A stretch of 64,000 nt of DNA, from contig BQFW01000008.1 in NCBI GenBank assembly GCA_020891255.1, positions 1,054,001-1,118,000 on the forward strand, written 5' to 3'. The position numbers and the translations under genes are program-made. The notes under the pieces were generated by a model, which saw only the letters and a list, made by a program, of their open reading frames with translations, made no database searches and was not told where the DNA came from. Positions 38,177 through 51,613 of this stretch are shown one piece after another; the first letter of the stretch is position 1; every line of letters begins with the position of its first letter. This DNA comes from Entomortierella parvispora E1425 (lineage: Eukaryota > Fungi > Mortierellomycota).

Positions 38177-41100
38177 CGGAGAAGCATCATCATCGTCGTC
38201 ATCATTATTATCATCATGACTACAGTATCGGCATCCTTCTCTCTCTCTCATTCTCACTCCTTCCTACATCCCCGGCTCCTATCTCCTCGATGGTCAGTGG
38301 TCGGTCCCCACCTCGGTCATATTTTTAATCTTCCGCCGCCAGGTCTGTGGTCCAGGATGTGCGTTATCAGTCTGAAAGTGCGATGGGCCCCCGATGGGCG
38401 ATTGCTTTAAAATAGTTTTCTTGTTTATGTATTTTTACTCCGAGATGGTCTAATCCTCCTCTGGCTCTCCTCGTCGCACCACCGACACCACCCACGATGA
38501 TTATCATCCAATACAGCGTCGGACAAGAGTCTTCCGCCTCCCCCCTACAATAATGGATGTTAAGGTGTGGGAGAGGAGAGAAACACTAACGAGAGCGTAT
38601 GTGGGGTCCAGTCACCGTGCCCCCTCTCATTATCTTTGCTGTTTTCTTGTGTTAAGGTGTTTAGTTGATCTATACCTTTGCTCCTTTGGTCAAAACAATG
38701 ATTGTCCATCCCTCCTGTGTGTGGTCCCCTCGATCCGATAAAGATTATGTACGGCAGAACGCTCAGCACTGTCCTCTCTGTACGCCACCCATCTCTCTCC
38801 TAGTCTTCTCCCGGTTGTCCTTTCATTGCAAAAGGGCCAGTGCATTCCTGCATGCTGTGCAGAACAACCACCTCTTGTTTCCCCTGCAGCTCAATGCGAC
38901 CAAAAAGAACAAAAAAATAAAATAAAGAGTGAGTCTGCTCGATCCAACCCCTAGCCAACCACAGCATCCGAAAAAGAAAACCAGAGAGAACAACATAGAA
39001 AGCACACCGATGGGAAGGAGCAAGGGTATGTTTATGATGAGATTATATCTTTTATCGACTCATGGCTTCGTTTCGCTGAGAATATATGTAGAGGATAACG
39101 AACATGGGGGTGTCAAAACAAACGATATCTCCACGTTTTTCGATATCCTACCGATAAACACCCTCAGAACTCCGAGTCCGGGGGCTATCAATCGGCTGTG
39201 AGCTGCGGTATGTGCTGTAGCTCAATTGGCTACCGTGGACTAATCTCCATGGACACGAGCCGTGGACAGAAGAAGAAACCGAAGGACTCATAGAGCGAGC
39301 GAGCGAATAAAAAAAGTGAAAAAGCAGACTCCGCCACACCCACGGCACATGCCTTGCTTATCAGTGAGATCAACGTCCGTGACGATGGTGCAATACGGAT
39401 ACAGCGAGACCAACTGAGCCAAAAACTCAGGGCTGCCTGATCTGGACTGGGGTCGGAGCCTCGTTGTGTTCTCACGAGCTAAACGAGGCCAATGGTCGGT
39501 CTTCTTGTTTCTGGTCTTCCTCCACAACCACATTCAGGATCCACAATCCGAACCAGAAGCAATCAGTAATCTATCGCTGCAAAACATGTTCTGAGAGGAG
39601 GAACCCACAGCATTCCACTCCCTCACATGGAGGCAGGGAGCCCGGTTGTCTCTGATACATCTTGCACCCAGAAAAAGATATTTTTTTGGGATCCCCACGG
39701 TTCTAGTTTTTGTACTGGCGATCTGACCTCTTTGCACTTTCTATACGACCCTTCTACGAGGTCTCTCCTTACATACATGACTTATATACATGATGACAAG
39801 ACGATCCTCTCACTCTAGACTCTTCCCATGAACTGCTATTGTACATCGGTCATGAGACATACCTCCACGACATATTGTACAGCCAGCACAACCCGGATTG
39901 CATGTGAATCAGCGATTGCAATTGTCGAGAGCAAAAAGACGAACCACTCCAGCTATCTGCATGACCTTCATCGCCAAAAAAAAAAAAAAAAAAAAAAAAG
40001 GAATCTGACCAGCTGCACTGCAGGTGCGTAAGCAAGTGGAGTCTCTCTCCCCTCCTCTGTCTGTCAAAACACACACGGACAAGCTTCATCATCGGCAGCA
40101 CGGGAAGAACCGAGGGGAACAAGTAGAAGAGGATGAATCATATCCAAGCCGTTACAATCTACAATTGGTGCTGTCCGTTGTCTTTGTCACACCACATGTA
40201 AGGTGAATGTACTTGAGCAAGGTATCTACACCAAATGGGCAAAGAGATGCGAGCCACGCCCTTGAGAGATATCTGATGCAAAGAATTCCAATAAGGCATG
40301 CCAGCCGGGCGTGGAGGGCGGATATAAGGACAAGAGCAAAAAAGATAAAAGACTAAGGCATCGGCATCAGAAACCAATGAGCAGAGCAGATCCGAGCCCT
40401 GTGGCAAGACTCAGAGATAGTCTTAAAAGTGAGTTGCCCTTTTCGGTCCATCCGCCTTCAATTTTGTATCCGTGGGTGCGATCGGAGTCTCTATTTTTAG
40501 ATTGCCGTTTCTTGATCGACTTTCAATCAACGCTTCCTCATTGGCCGAGAGCCCGTCTTATCTTGATCTCACTGTGTTGTTGCGTACGTGCAAGATATCA
40601 GGCTTTGTGTACGCAGAAAGCCGCCAGTGGATTGTATAGAAACGATACGAGCGCCTGGATCACAATCCTTGCAAGCAGAGGACTCTATTTGGTTCGCCTT
40701 TCTCCCCTAGTATCACCTTTTCGCTTTAGGCTGCATGTGTGCACTGCTCTCGCATCTGCACATGAGAAAAAAAAAAGAGAACCTTACAGAGATCAGTGTC
40801 ACACCATCTTTCTTGGTCTTCTGTCCAAAGATAAACAACCCACAGAGTCGTGAGAATCCTCGAGATCAAAGTATACCAACCCATCCATGACCTGTAGACT
40901 CGCACCCATGTTTCACATGGGGCCTACTTTGTTCAAACGTTCCAAGAAGGTACGTCTCGCGAATGGCAAACGCCTGCAGACGGGCAAGAAATCAAACTTT
41001 GATGTCGTGTCATTCAATTGCACTCTCAAAGAACGTCGACCACTGGATGTCTGAAAACATACCGCAGACTGCAGCAGGAGCGAGCCTAAGTTGCTTGCAA

Positions 41101-41694
41101 GAGTTTTAATCTCGTCGTCCATACAGCTCTCGTACGACCGAAAACTCCAAAAAAAAAAAAAAAGTATCTTCTCTTTGGTCGTTGACCCTGAGTGGTTGAT
41201 TGGACGTTCATCGTGGGTTCCCTTTGCTGCTGTTGTTGTTTTGGTTGTGATGGTCGTTGATAACGTTAGATCCATTAGAGAGAGATCAACCGTCTTCTAA
41301 TGTTGACCGATTCCAAAATAGTATCCAGAATGGATATATATCCATTTGTCTGAGCCGATATCAAAATAAAGCGGTACAGAACCTTGGAGAAGGAGACAGA
41401 ATGGCCGTATTTCCTCTTTTTCGTTGTTGTGATCATGTTTGTTGACAACCGTTGTAAGTGTGCGTCTTCTCCACTTCTCTGCCGTTCTTGAACGACCAGT
41501 GTGGAGGGCAAACTGCAGTGATACACAAGAGCAAATGAATGGAATGGAGTACAAAGAGAAGAAAGAAAGAAAAAACCACAAAATCAATAAAAAAAAACTT
41601 TGGGGGAATAGAGGAGCAACAAAGCCAGCGAGTCGTGTGGAGGGTTGCGCGTTTCTTCTTTCTCACCTCTCCCTTCGCTGTGAGCTTGAACCAC

Positions 41695-41698
<4 letters not shown>

Positions 41699-41732
<34 letters not shown>
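41699..41732. repeat. (CA)n microsatellite
   Basis: About 17 CA units. Confidence 0.95.
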
Positions 41733-41734
<2 letters not shown>

Positions 41735-41953
41735 CATACAAATGTCCTTTTGCTTCTGTTTGTTTCCTGGAGGAAAGGGTCAATTGGTATCTGGGAAAAG
41801 CCGAAGGTGTCACCAAGTTTGATGTTGGGCGTTCGTGTGTTGCACAGCACCAGGGGTCACCAGGGGAAGACATACGATTGTCCAAACGGCCCAGAAAAAG
41901 AACTTGATCGCTGTTATCGCTCTCACATCACTTTTTTCTCCGGTCTGGGGACC

Positions 41954-42189
41954 TGCAGCGTAAATTCATTTCTACAGCCTGGGAGAAGAGCAGCAAAGGG
42001 AGTCATTTTGACCAGTTTGCACCTCCCTCGAAGCTTTCCTCATACGGGCGTCTACAATACATCAGTGAGAACTTGCAGCGTAATTTTTTTTTTCTACAGC
42101 CTGGGAGAAGAGCAGCAAAGGGAGTCATTTTGACCAGTTTGCACCTCCCTCGAAGCTTTCCTCAAGCGGTCTTCTACAATACATCAGTG
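41954..42189. repeat. Two-copy tandem duplication, period about 120-122 nt
   Basis: A 74-nt identical core lies at 41969-42042 and 42091-42164. Both copies share TGCAGCGTAA upstream and TCTACAATACATCAGTG downstream. Confidence 0.93.
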
Positions 42190-45100
42190 CGGGGTTACGA
42201 TGTAGGCTAGAGTCGACCTCACTTTTTCGTGCCATGGAAGCTTTTAGCTTGGGAAGCTTTGGAGAGGTACCCTGCTTTGGAGAGCGGGTGTGGGAACAGA
42301 GAGAAGACCTTGCGAAAGGAGAGAGTCATTGCGCATCGCTCGTCATCATCTCCGCCCGCCGCTGCTTCTTTGGCCACTTTTGTCGGATCCGGCATCCCCT
42401 TTTCTGTAAACATAGAAATCATGGTTACCATGCCAACGCTCTCTTTCGACCATATTCAAACTCTGATCATTTGGATTGTGCCTCCGTTTCAAGCCCAGAC
42501 AGGGACTAGTGCCGGTGCCTGCTGCTCAAGTGGGGTTGCAGCGTGGACCTGGACCAATTGTGTCCCATTGCGTATTGATGTGTCCATGGCAACAAAAGCG
42601 GACAATAGAAAAAGAAAAAAACCAGGGAGCTCAAAGCCTAAAAGTTCTCTCATTGTGCCTGGTTTTGGAGCCCCTCCCATCCGAGCATTGTTGTAAATAG
42701 AAGAAAGAAAAAAACACACACACAGATGAGGTGGCAGGAATGTGTAAAAATAAATAAGTTCAGAAGCTCTGTCTGCAACAGAAAATGAGCACACCCGCGG
42801 GAGGAATTTGTGCGAGTGGGAGGGAGGGACCGTGAACAGGGAGATTGAGCTGATAATGCCAAACTTTCCTCGTCTTGTGCAACCCACTGGTTGTTATCAG
42901 CTTGTGCTCAAAGTCAAAGCGGAAGAAACAACAGAAACTCAACTACCCCCCCACTTGAACAGCGACGGTGCTGAAAGAAAACATATCTTACCTTTGCTGT
43001 GGGTGAGGTGGTCCTTGCAACTCAAACAAAAAAACACGTTGTGATCTTTCTCTTTGTTGTTGATGTTGTTGTTGCTGCGGCTCGTTTGGCTCTGTGTTCG
43101 ATAGGTTTCTGATCCTGCGAGATAACATGTTTATCTTGCATCTCCCATCTTTGTTGTTCACTTCAGTGTGGACATAGCGCAGGCTTCTGTTGAGTCAGCG
43201 AATAAAAGAGAAGAGGGATCACCTCTCCCCACCCCAGCCCAGACACGCATTCACTCTGACTGGTTCCTCCCGATACCCCACATCCGGAAAAAAGGGGAAA
43301 AAGGAACTCACTTCACACTTCACGAGTCAGCAGGCCACGCTGTCTCACCTTGACAAAAGGGGTCAACAGGACCCAAACGATCGATTCGCAGATATCACAT
43401 CTGAATCCAAGTCGTTGATACAAACACGCATTCGCAAAGTACATGTGCACTCTCATAGTCATAGCAATATTTGATTACCATGCCCTTTCTGCTATTATGA
43501 GTACATGTATTATCACCTTTCCCCACTCTCTTTGATATTGGCTCATCCGATCGGTCGGGTTCTATTTCGCTAGCACTTTCTCCCTGGCCTTTTTGCTCCG
43601 CACTGAGAATGAATTCAAGAAAGTGCCCACAGAAAATGAAAGGAGGAACTCTCTTCCCCAAAGTGGCTTCGGAAAAGAGCACCTCACCACAGAAATATTC
43701 ATTTTGGTCGAGTCCGTGACTGGATGGGAGAGGAAGTTAACTTAATACCCCGACAGCAGACTAGTTCTAGCCTTTCGGCAAACCCTACTGTGGTCCATGG
43801 GCGTGGATCGGAGGTGCAAAAAGGGACGCAATAAAAAAAGAGAGTGGGATTAACCAATGCCTACCAAAAGTGGGTGTGATGAGGGAGAGCGATAACTTTA
43901 CTCAAAAGTAAACAGAGACCATCTGACTAGCCCCCATTCATAAAAGAAAAAGAAAAAACCAAAACTGTTGAATGAACATGTAGTGCCGTCTTTGTACCAC
44001 TGAACTTTCAAATGGTCTAGAAATGAGTGAATATTGGATGGATCCGAGAATAGCCAAAGCGGTAACAACATGAGAGAGGTGAGTGCGATTCTACTTCAGA
44101 ACCACTGTAGACACTACCACCCCACCAGTCCTTCAAGACCAACAGGCAGGACTCCAATGCCTATGATGAAGGTGAAAGAGTTACTGAAGGTTGGCGGGCG
44201 AGGATTAGGAGTTCAAAGAGGCGGATAAATGTTTCGTTATCTCTGCCCTGCCAGGTGAGCCTTTGTTGTTGTCATTTGTCAAACAGGGAAAATAAAGATG
44301 TAGCACAAGATGGTAAAAGGAGCGGCCGAGATCGCCAAGATAATGAAAGGATGAACACATCTCCGGGGAGCAAAGGCTGTGCGTCTGCAAACAAAACAAC
44401 GCGCGCCAGTGGTGTAGTCGCTGGAGCAGCTGATGGTGAGAGTGGTGGTGGTGGTAGTGACAAAGATGATCTAGAGTGAACATGTACTTGGGTTTCAGTA
44501 TCGTCAGCGTGGTGTGTGTGCGTCCGCATGGCCGGGATAGATATTATATCTCGGACGAGTGGATTGGCTCGGATGTAGGGTGCTGACCTTTGATCCACCA
44601 AACCATACCCTCGAGGATGAAAGTCAAAAGAAAACATTCAACCTTGGGGACGACGGCAGTCATTTCAGTCCTGCCTGCTGCGGTGAAATAGAATACTGGG
44701 GTCATTTCTTTTGACAGGATACAATAGAGAAACGACAAAAAAAAGAGAGAAAAAGACAAAGGTCCCAAAGGATGATTGGCGCAATGGCCATGCCATCGCT
44801 GGGTCGTCGATTCGTCTGAACTCTTTTGGGGTGGAGCGTTGTTTGCTGTGAGGTTTTCTTCCTTTTTTCAGTTCCGGCGAAGCATGCTGGTTGGTTGCAA
44901 TCGACACTTTTAGCTTCTGCTGGATCAAATCGGTGCGCCCATCCTGCGCTTGTTCCTCTTTCACTCCTCCTCCTGCCTCTCTCGGGCACATTAGGCACAG
45001 GGGAGAGTGACTCTAACAGCACCGCAACCGAAAAAGGGGCTCTCGCCTCTGGACCCGTCAGCAGAGTTTGAGGGAGCAGATTGATCATTATTCTAAGCGC

Positions 45101-45363
45101 CGTTTTTTCGTTTTATTCGTTTTTTTGGTCGGTTCTCCGCCGTGCTCGTCTGCTTGCTTCCCACTCCCGCCGTCGACAATCCACCAGCCCACGGACATCC
45201 CCCTCTGGCCATCGCCCCCCTATAAAGAGGCCCCTCCACACGGCCGTTTGTTGCTTTTTTTTTTTTTTCTTTTTTTTTTTTTTCTTTACCCTTTAGGTCT
45301 CTTCTTTTACTCCTCTCCTTCCTCTCCTTCCATCACTTTTACGCTCCCTTCACAACGCAAACA

Positions 45364-46896
45364 ATGTTGCGTCTCGCTGATCCCTTGACCCAGGTCATCA
45401 TCCTGGTGAGTCTCCATCTCTCGTCCCTTCCAGTCTTTAATCCACCACAATTACACACTCACTAACAGCCCACCACCTCCTCCACCGTCGCCAACTTGTA
45501 GGGTTTCATCTGCTTCTGCTGCCCTGGTATGTTCAATGCCTTGCAGGGAACCGGTTCCTACGGTCTTAACCCCAAGGACTCTGATGTCGGTAACCGCGCC
45601 GGTACCGCTCTCTCTGTCGTCTTCGCCTTCTCCTCTCTCTTTGCTGGTGCCCTCTTCAACTTGTTGGGCCACCGTGTCCTCCTCATTCTCGGAGGTTTGA
45701 CCTATGTCCTCTATGTGGGATCTTTCTTGGCCTACCACTACATCCAGTCCATTGTCTTTGTCGTCATTGCCTCTTGCTTGCTCGGTATTGGTGCTGGTTG
45801 GTTGTGGTGCGCTCAGGGTGCCGTCATGATGGGTTACCCCGCTGAAGGCGACAAGGGCAAGTACTTCTCCATCTTCTGGGCCATCTTCAACTGCGGTGGT
45901 GTCCTTGGTAACTTGATCCCTCTCGGTATCCAATGGAACGACCCCACCGCCGGTGGTGCCTCGACCAGCTCCTATATCGGATACATGGTTGTCATGACCC
46001 TCGGCTCTCTCATCTCCGTCTTCTTGTTGCCCACCTCCAAGGTCACCCGTAAGGATGGCTCCTCTGTCGTCAAGGTCAGATACTCGAGCCCCATCTTGGA
46101 GCTCCAGGCTGTCTTTGCTCTCTTCAAGGACTGGAGAATGTTGTGCTTGATTCCCATGTTCTTCACCTCCAACTGGATCTACACCTACCAGTTCACCATG
46201 AACTCCACCAACTTCACCCAGCGTACCCGCTCCATGAACTCCATGTTCTACTGGTTCGCCCAGATTTTCGCCTCGATTGCCTTCGGTGCCTTCTTGGATC
46301 GTGCCCAGTGGACCCGTAGTACCCGTGCTCGCTATGGTCTCATCCTCATGACTCTCATCTTGGCTGCCATCTGGATTGGAGGCATCGTCTGGCAAACCAC
46401 CTTCGGTCCCAAGAGCTACATCTTCGACACTGATGGCACGACCCCCATCAAGAACCCAGCCGACTACCACATGATCGACTTGGTTGAGAACACTAGCGAG
46501 TACATTGGACCCTTCTTCTTGTACGTCTTCTACGGTGTTGCCGATGCCATGTACCAGGGTTACTCTTACTGGTTGATGGGAGCCTTGACCAACGACACCA
46601 ACCAGGCTGCTCGCTTCGCTGGTTTCTACAAGTTCGTCCAGAACTTGGGAGGTGTTCTTGCCCCCGTTGTCCAGACCTCCACCATTGGTATCGCTCCCTC
46701 TGAGGGCTACAACATTGTTCACGCCCACACCAGAGGTATGGGTGAGATTATCATCTGTGTTGTGCTCGTCTTTGCCGGTGTCATTGGTGCCATCCCCGTC
46801 GCCTTCATGGCCGTCAAGGACCACACTGTCGAGGAGGGTGAGGATGTCATTGCTGAGAAGCAGGAGGCTATCTATGAGGAGGATGTCAAGGCCTAA
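45364..46896 (+). CDS. UNC-93-like / DUF895 MFS transporter; exons 45364-45405, 45502-46896
   Basis: MLRLADPLTQVIIL-GFICFCCPGMFNAL..GAG, GAGWLWCAQG, FWAIFN.GG, YTYQF and RFAGFYK; many TM helices and strong C-ending codon bias. Confidence 0.92.
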
Positions 46897-47407
46897 ATCC
46901 TTGTCGCTCTACTCCCCATGGGTGCCCCAGCTCCTCCCTAGATATCCAGTCATTTTCACTCTCTCCTCTAATGTCATCCACATCTTCATAATAAACCATC
47001 TGTATATTAATACTTATGGCTGTTGCAAAAAAACAAAAAACACCAAAAAAAAAAAAGTTCTTGGGAAAACTGGTGCATGGGAACAAACACTTGGCAGCAT
47101 GCGAACAACACCAACCGTTCAAAAATACATTCGCTCATCGTCATTTGGGTGCACAAAGATAAAATAATATAAAAGTCGACAAACGCCCCTGTGGCACAAG
47201 TCCCGGGTTGCGTGGATTGGTGTTGCTGGGTTCGTGGTGTCTGGTCTGATGTCACAGCGGCTTGGCGGGGCTGAAGCCGAGAAATAAAAAGGGCGAAAAT
47301 TGTCCAACCACCCACATTCATTCCCTCTTCCCTTGCCCCTTCTTTTCTTCATCTTTTCTTTTCCTTCACCCCTCTCCCCCATCTTTACTATATCTTTTAC
47401 ACAAGCT

Positions 47408-48529
47408 ATGGGTTGTGCCAGTTCAAAGGACCTCGACGGAGGTTATCGCCCCCGTCCAACCTACCAGCAGCCTCAGTACCAACAGTACCAGCAACAACCG
47501 CAATATCAGCAACAGCAACCACAATACCAACAACCACAGTACCAGCAGCCACAGTATCAACAACAGCAGCAGCAACCACCTTACGGACTGCCGCAACAGG
47601 TCATTCCTCCCTCCACTCTCCCCCCTGGCTGGTAACGTCTTTTTCAGTGCTAGTTTTGACTCCTTCCGTTCGCTGCCCTCTTGTTTTTTCGATTCTTGAT
47701 GATCTCATCCATGCTCTACTCTTGCTTCGCTTTTTTTTAGGATCTCACAATTCGACTCTGTCAAGCAACGCCTCTTTTACATCTACCCACAGACCAACAC
47801 CGTAACGTGGATCCACCCGAACGGTCCCGACGCGGACGCACAGGAGATGGCCCGGTTTTATCAGATCCAGGAACTGCAACGGGAACGATACACCCAGGTC
47901 CCTCAAGGAAACAACAACAACTACGGAAACGGCATCAACAAGACATTTGCGGATTCTTATAACCGTCATGGAGGCATGGGTCCCGGAGCCGGTCTTCTCG
48001 TTGGTAAGTAAAAAAGCAAGGGGGTAGTGAGGGAAATAATAGGGAAGAGGGGGGGTAAGTGGGACCGAGGCCCTGCCAGCTGCGCTGGGCTGAGGCCGTG
48101 CAGCATGCGTAATCTCGTTACTGATTGATGTTCCCTGGTATTTTTTCTTCTTTTCCCAATCTTCTTTTTTTAAACAAAATAGGAGGTGCAGTGGGACTGT
48201 TGGCCGGTGGATTACTTGCAGAAGGATTGGAGCATCACAATTTCGGAGGAGGATTCGGCTATGGTGATGGCTTTGGAGGCGGTGGATGGGGTGGTGGACC
48301 CGAAATCATTGAAAACAACAATGTGATTGTTGAAAACAACAACACCTACATCGACAACAACACTTACGTCGACAACAACACGTACGTCGACAACAACACC
48401 TACATCGACAACAACGATACCTTCATCGACAACAATGATACGACCTACAATGACTTTGGAGGAGACAACGACTACTCCAACGCGGACTTTGGCGGTGGCG
48501 ACGACTATGGCGGTGATGATTTCTTCTAA
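47408..48529 (+). CDS. WW-domain protein (Wwm1-like) with MGC N-terminus, Q/Y-rich region, glycine zipper and N/D-rich repeat tail; exons 47408-47631, 47741-48003, 48183-48529
   Basis: The spliced WW domain LPPGW-ISQFDSVKQRLFYIYPQTNTVTWIHP has an intron splitting the first Trp codon. Junctions are frame-consistent. Confidence 0.85.
48344..48439 (+). repeat. Coding minisatellite, 5 units of 18-21 nt encoding T(Y/F)(I/V)DNN(D)
   Basis: acctacatcgacaacaac / acttacgtcgacaacaac / acgtacgtcgacaacaac / acctacatcgacaacaacgat / accttcatcgacaacaatgat. Confidence 0.92.
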
Positions 48530-48904
48530 TGGCCTCATAGAGCAAACCCTCCTCCTTCCTGCACTGTTACCCTCATTACCACAATAATAATACCCCGACC
48601 TTTCCCATACTTGCATTTTGTTCCTGTCATAGAGACAAAATGAGTTGAAGGGTGAATAAGAGTCCGGTTCGTTGCGCTTCATTTTTTAATAGTCATAGCT
48701 AGAGCATGAATAACGGAGTGAGGTATTTGTACAGGACGAAGGGGGAGCAGAGTAAAAATAAGATGAAAGGGGGTACACTACACTGGTAATAAGGATATAC
48801 AAAGCAAAAGAAAAATACAAGAGAAAGGTATAGAAGAGGTAGAGTGAAAGGTATAAAGGAAGGAAAAAAAAAAAAAAAAAGAGTGGGGAGTGTTGAAGTG
48901 GTGC

Positions 48905-51613
48905 TTAAGCCATGTGCACTGTCCAACGGTCAGAACCCTCGGGGCGTGTGAAAACAACCTTGGCCCGAGAGTTGTAGGTGATACCATCGGAATTGCGGAC
49001 AAAGAGCAATGGCAGGGCAACAGACGTCTCCTCAGGAGAGACGCCCATGTTCTTGCCCTGCGGTAAATCGACCAAGAGGGTCGTCTGGTCCAAGGGACCA
49101 GACTCAGTAGCGCCGTGGCCAGTCGTGGCAGGAGCATCCGCGTTCCTTCGAATGATATGAGTCGTCAAGGGACCGCGAGATCCCAACCAAACGTTCATCG
49201 GCATCTGACTCGATTGATTCCCAAGTTGAGAGTAAAAGTTGGACACGACGAGTTCCAAGGTGTGCGAGGCTGCATTGTAGACGGGGTTCTTGAGCAGGGT
49301 GGGGAAGGGGGTGATGGGATGGGGGATCTCACGGTTGCCACCCTTTGATTCCTCAGCTGCGGGCAACGACTCAAAGTAGGTGTACTCGAACTTGGCTATT
49401 GAAATAAAGACAGATAAAATGGGTTAGAGATTGAACAGAGACAAACACCAAACAAAGGCAGGGCTCGGATGAAACTTAAACTTACAGATGCCAACAATGG
49501 TCCAGCACAAAAACTCGTCGCTGCCAGGCTTCATGATATCAGTCGGGACCTCGTCCGCCATGGTCGAAGGTTGGTATCTCAGAACAGTCTTGGCAGTGGT
49601 CGAGTGGTCCATGTAGCGACCCACCTGATGATCGTTGCCCACTGCGCTCAGATACACACGACGGCCGTCCTTGTTGCGCTCCAAAGACTGCAATGCCACC
49701 TTCTGCATCTGGCAGATGGGGCCCGTGGCATCCTCCAAGATGCGACCGTTCTCAACCTTGCAAACGATCAATCGGTCCGACTGCAAACCAGTCGAGTTCT
49801 CGGTCAAGATAATCTCGGCGCCATAGGTAATGGGGGAGGAGGATGAGACAGACGAGTTCAGGGCGGAGCGCTGGTTGGCCTTGGGAGAGGTCATGCGAGC
49901 AGGGCAGGCGGGGCCATTGGACACGATGGTAATCGAGAACGCAGACCAGTTCGAGTTCTTGGCACAGAACTCGCCATCCTGCACCGACATGTACTTGGTG
50001 CGGACGGTCTGAGAGTTGATTCGGTTGAAGAGCGAGACCAACGATCCTGCCAAGATGCACGAGGACACATTGCGAGCCTTGGCTGTCTTCTTGGATGGCT
50101 TGGAGATGATGGTAATGGGGGCAGAGTCAAACACAGCGTAAGGCTCAGGAAGGTCAGCGGCGTGGACAATGCTCTTCTGCATCTCATCGCCAGACGAGGC
50201 ATCTCCCGACGTGACAAATCCATTGGGCAAGCAGGCGCGGCCATAGACTTGGAGCTTGAGCTGGAACGACTTTGCCTTTGCAGCTCCGGTGACATAGAGG
50301 TATCTGAACGTGCCCGAGTGATCGTCCTCCAAGGTAGAGCGTTGACCAGGTGGGTTACCGGCGTTGTTGCCATCGCCATTATCGCAGAGGACAGACATGG
50401 TCACCTGAGGTTTGTTGCTCAATCCAGAGATGGAGTGCTCATCCTGAGGCGCTTGGATCTGGACAATAGGCGGTGGGCACAGGAAGCGCTTCTCAGACCC
50501 ATACGATTTCTGTGCGACGGAAGCATGGAGACAGCAAATGGTCGTCATCTGATAGCGAGTCGTAGGGTCCTTCGAGTCAAACACTTGACGTGAGATAACA
50601 GCGCTGCTTCCACCTTGAGCATCCATATTGGTAGCGGAGGATGTGGACGAGCCCGTCTTGGTGGCAGTCATCTTGGGAGATCGGTTTGCCTGGGCAGAGA
50701 CATGGTCCTGGATAGAGCGACGGATCTTTGCGTTGCGTTCCTCCTCAAAGTTGGCGCTGCTGAGGTTGGACCACTTGCGCTTGCTGACATCGGTGGGGGA
50801 CAGAGGAGGCGAACCGGCCTTGGGCGAGGACGACTTGGCCCTGGGGGAGCGCTGCTGCTTCTTTGAGTAAACTTTGCGGATATCGGCGGCCGAGTCGCTG
50901 TCGAGAATGTGGCTGATGGACATGCGGGCCTTGTTGTTGGTGGCGTGTGTCTGTGCGACGTGACTGTCAGGGCTGCCTATCGAATCTGTCTCGCTGGCGC
51001 TGTGGGGGGGACTGCTCAAACCTTGATTGCGAGGCGAGCTTGCAGGCGAGGAGGGCGACGCAGAGCGAGACGACGACGCTGACGACAAGGCGGGGTGGAC
51101 CTCAATCGCATCCAGAAGACACTCCATGCTGGTACCAAGGAACTCGTGGCTCCGACCACCCTTGGGTCCCAGCGTCTCTTGTTGGGGGGTCAGGTTCATG
51201 GGCGGGATCTTGAAAGTAGAGACGTGGTTTGCCGTCTTTTGATACCGGCTGTCATAGGATTGGTAGGGAGGCTGCTGCTGTGTCTGCTGGCGGTGGTGAA
51301 AGTTTTGTTGCTGGGTATGAGGACGTTGCAAGTTGTGTTGCAGAGGGTGGAGAGTGTGGGGATTCCCATGCATGAGGTGGACGTGGCTATTCCGGTGCGT
51401 TGAGTCAGCGGCGTGGGTCAAGTGATGTACAGCAGGAGAGGAGGATGTGTGCGAAGGAGGAGAGGTGGGAGCGTGGGTATCAAGAGGGTAGAGAGCAGCA
51501 AGCGAAGGAAGAGGAAGGATAGTAAGGCGAGCATCGGGGTGGTGTCTGCTGGCGGTTGCCGAGTCAATGGACTCGGCATAGGCCTGTGCGGCCGAGGGGA
51601 ACGGGGATCTCAT
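48905..51613 (-). CDS. CSL (CBF1/RBP-J, Su(H), LAG-1) family transcription factor; exons 49486-51613, 48905-49395
   Basis: LAG1 DNA-binding motif CLHASVAQKSYGSEKRFLCPPP, IISKPSKK, beta-trefoil VSLFNRINSQTVRTKYM, WTIVGIS and C-terminal PLLFVRNSDGITY. Confidence 0.95.

Noticed and set aside
39218-39229. TAGCTCAATTGG, a tRNA A-box-like motif
   Set aside because: No D-stem partner, anticodon arm or B box follows, so it cannot fold as a tRNA.
45451-46824. 457-aa minus-strand ORF
   Set aside because: Antisense shadow of the codon-biased UNC-93-like transporter.
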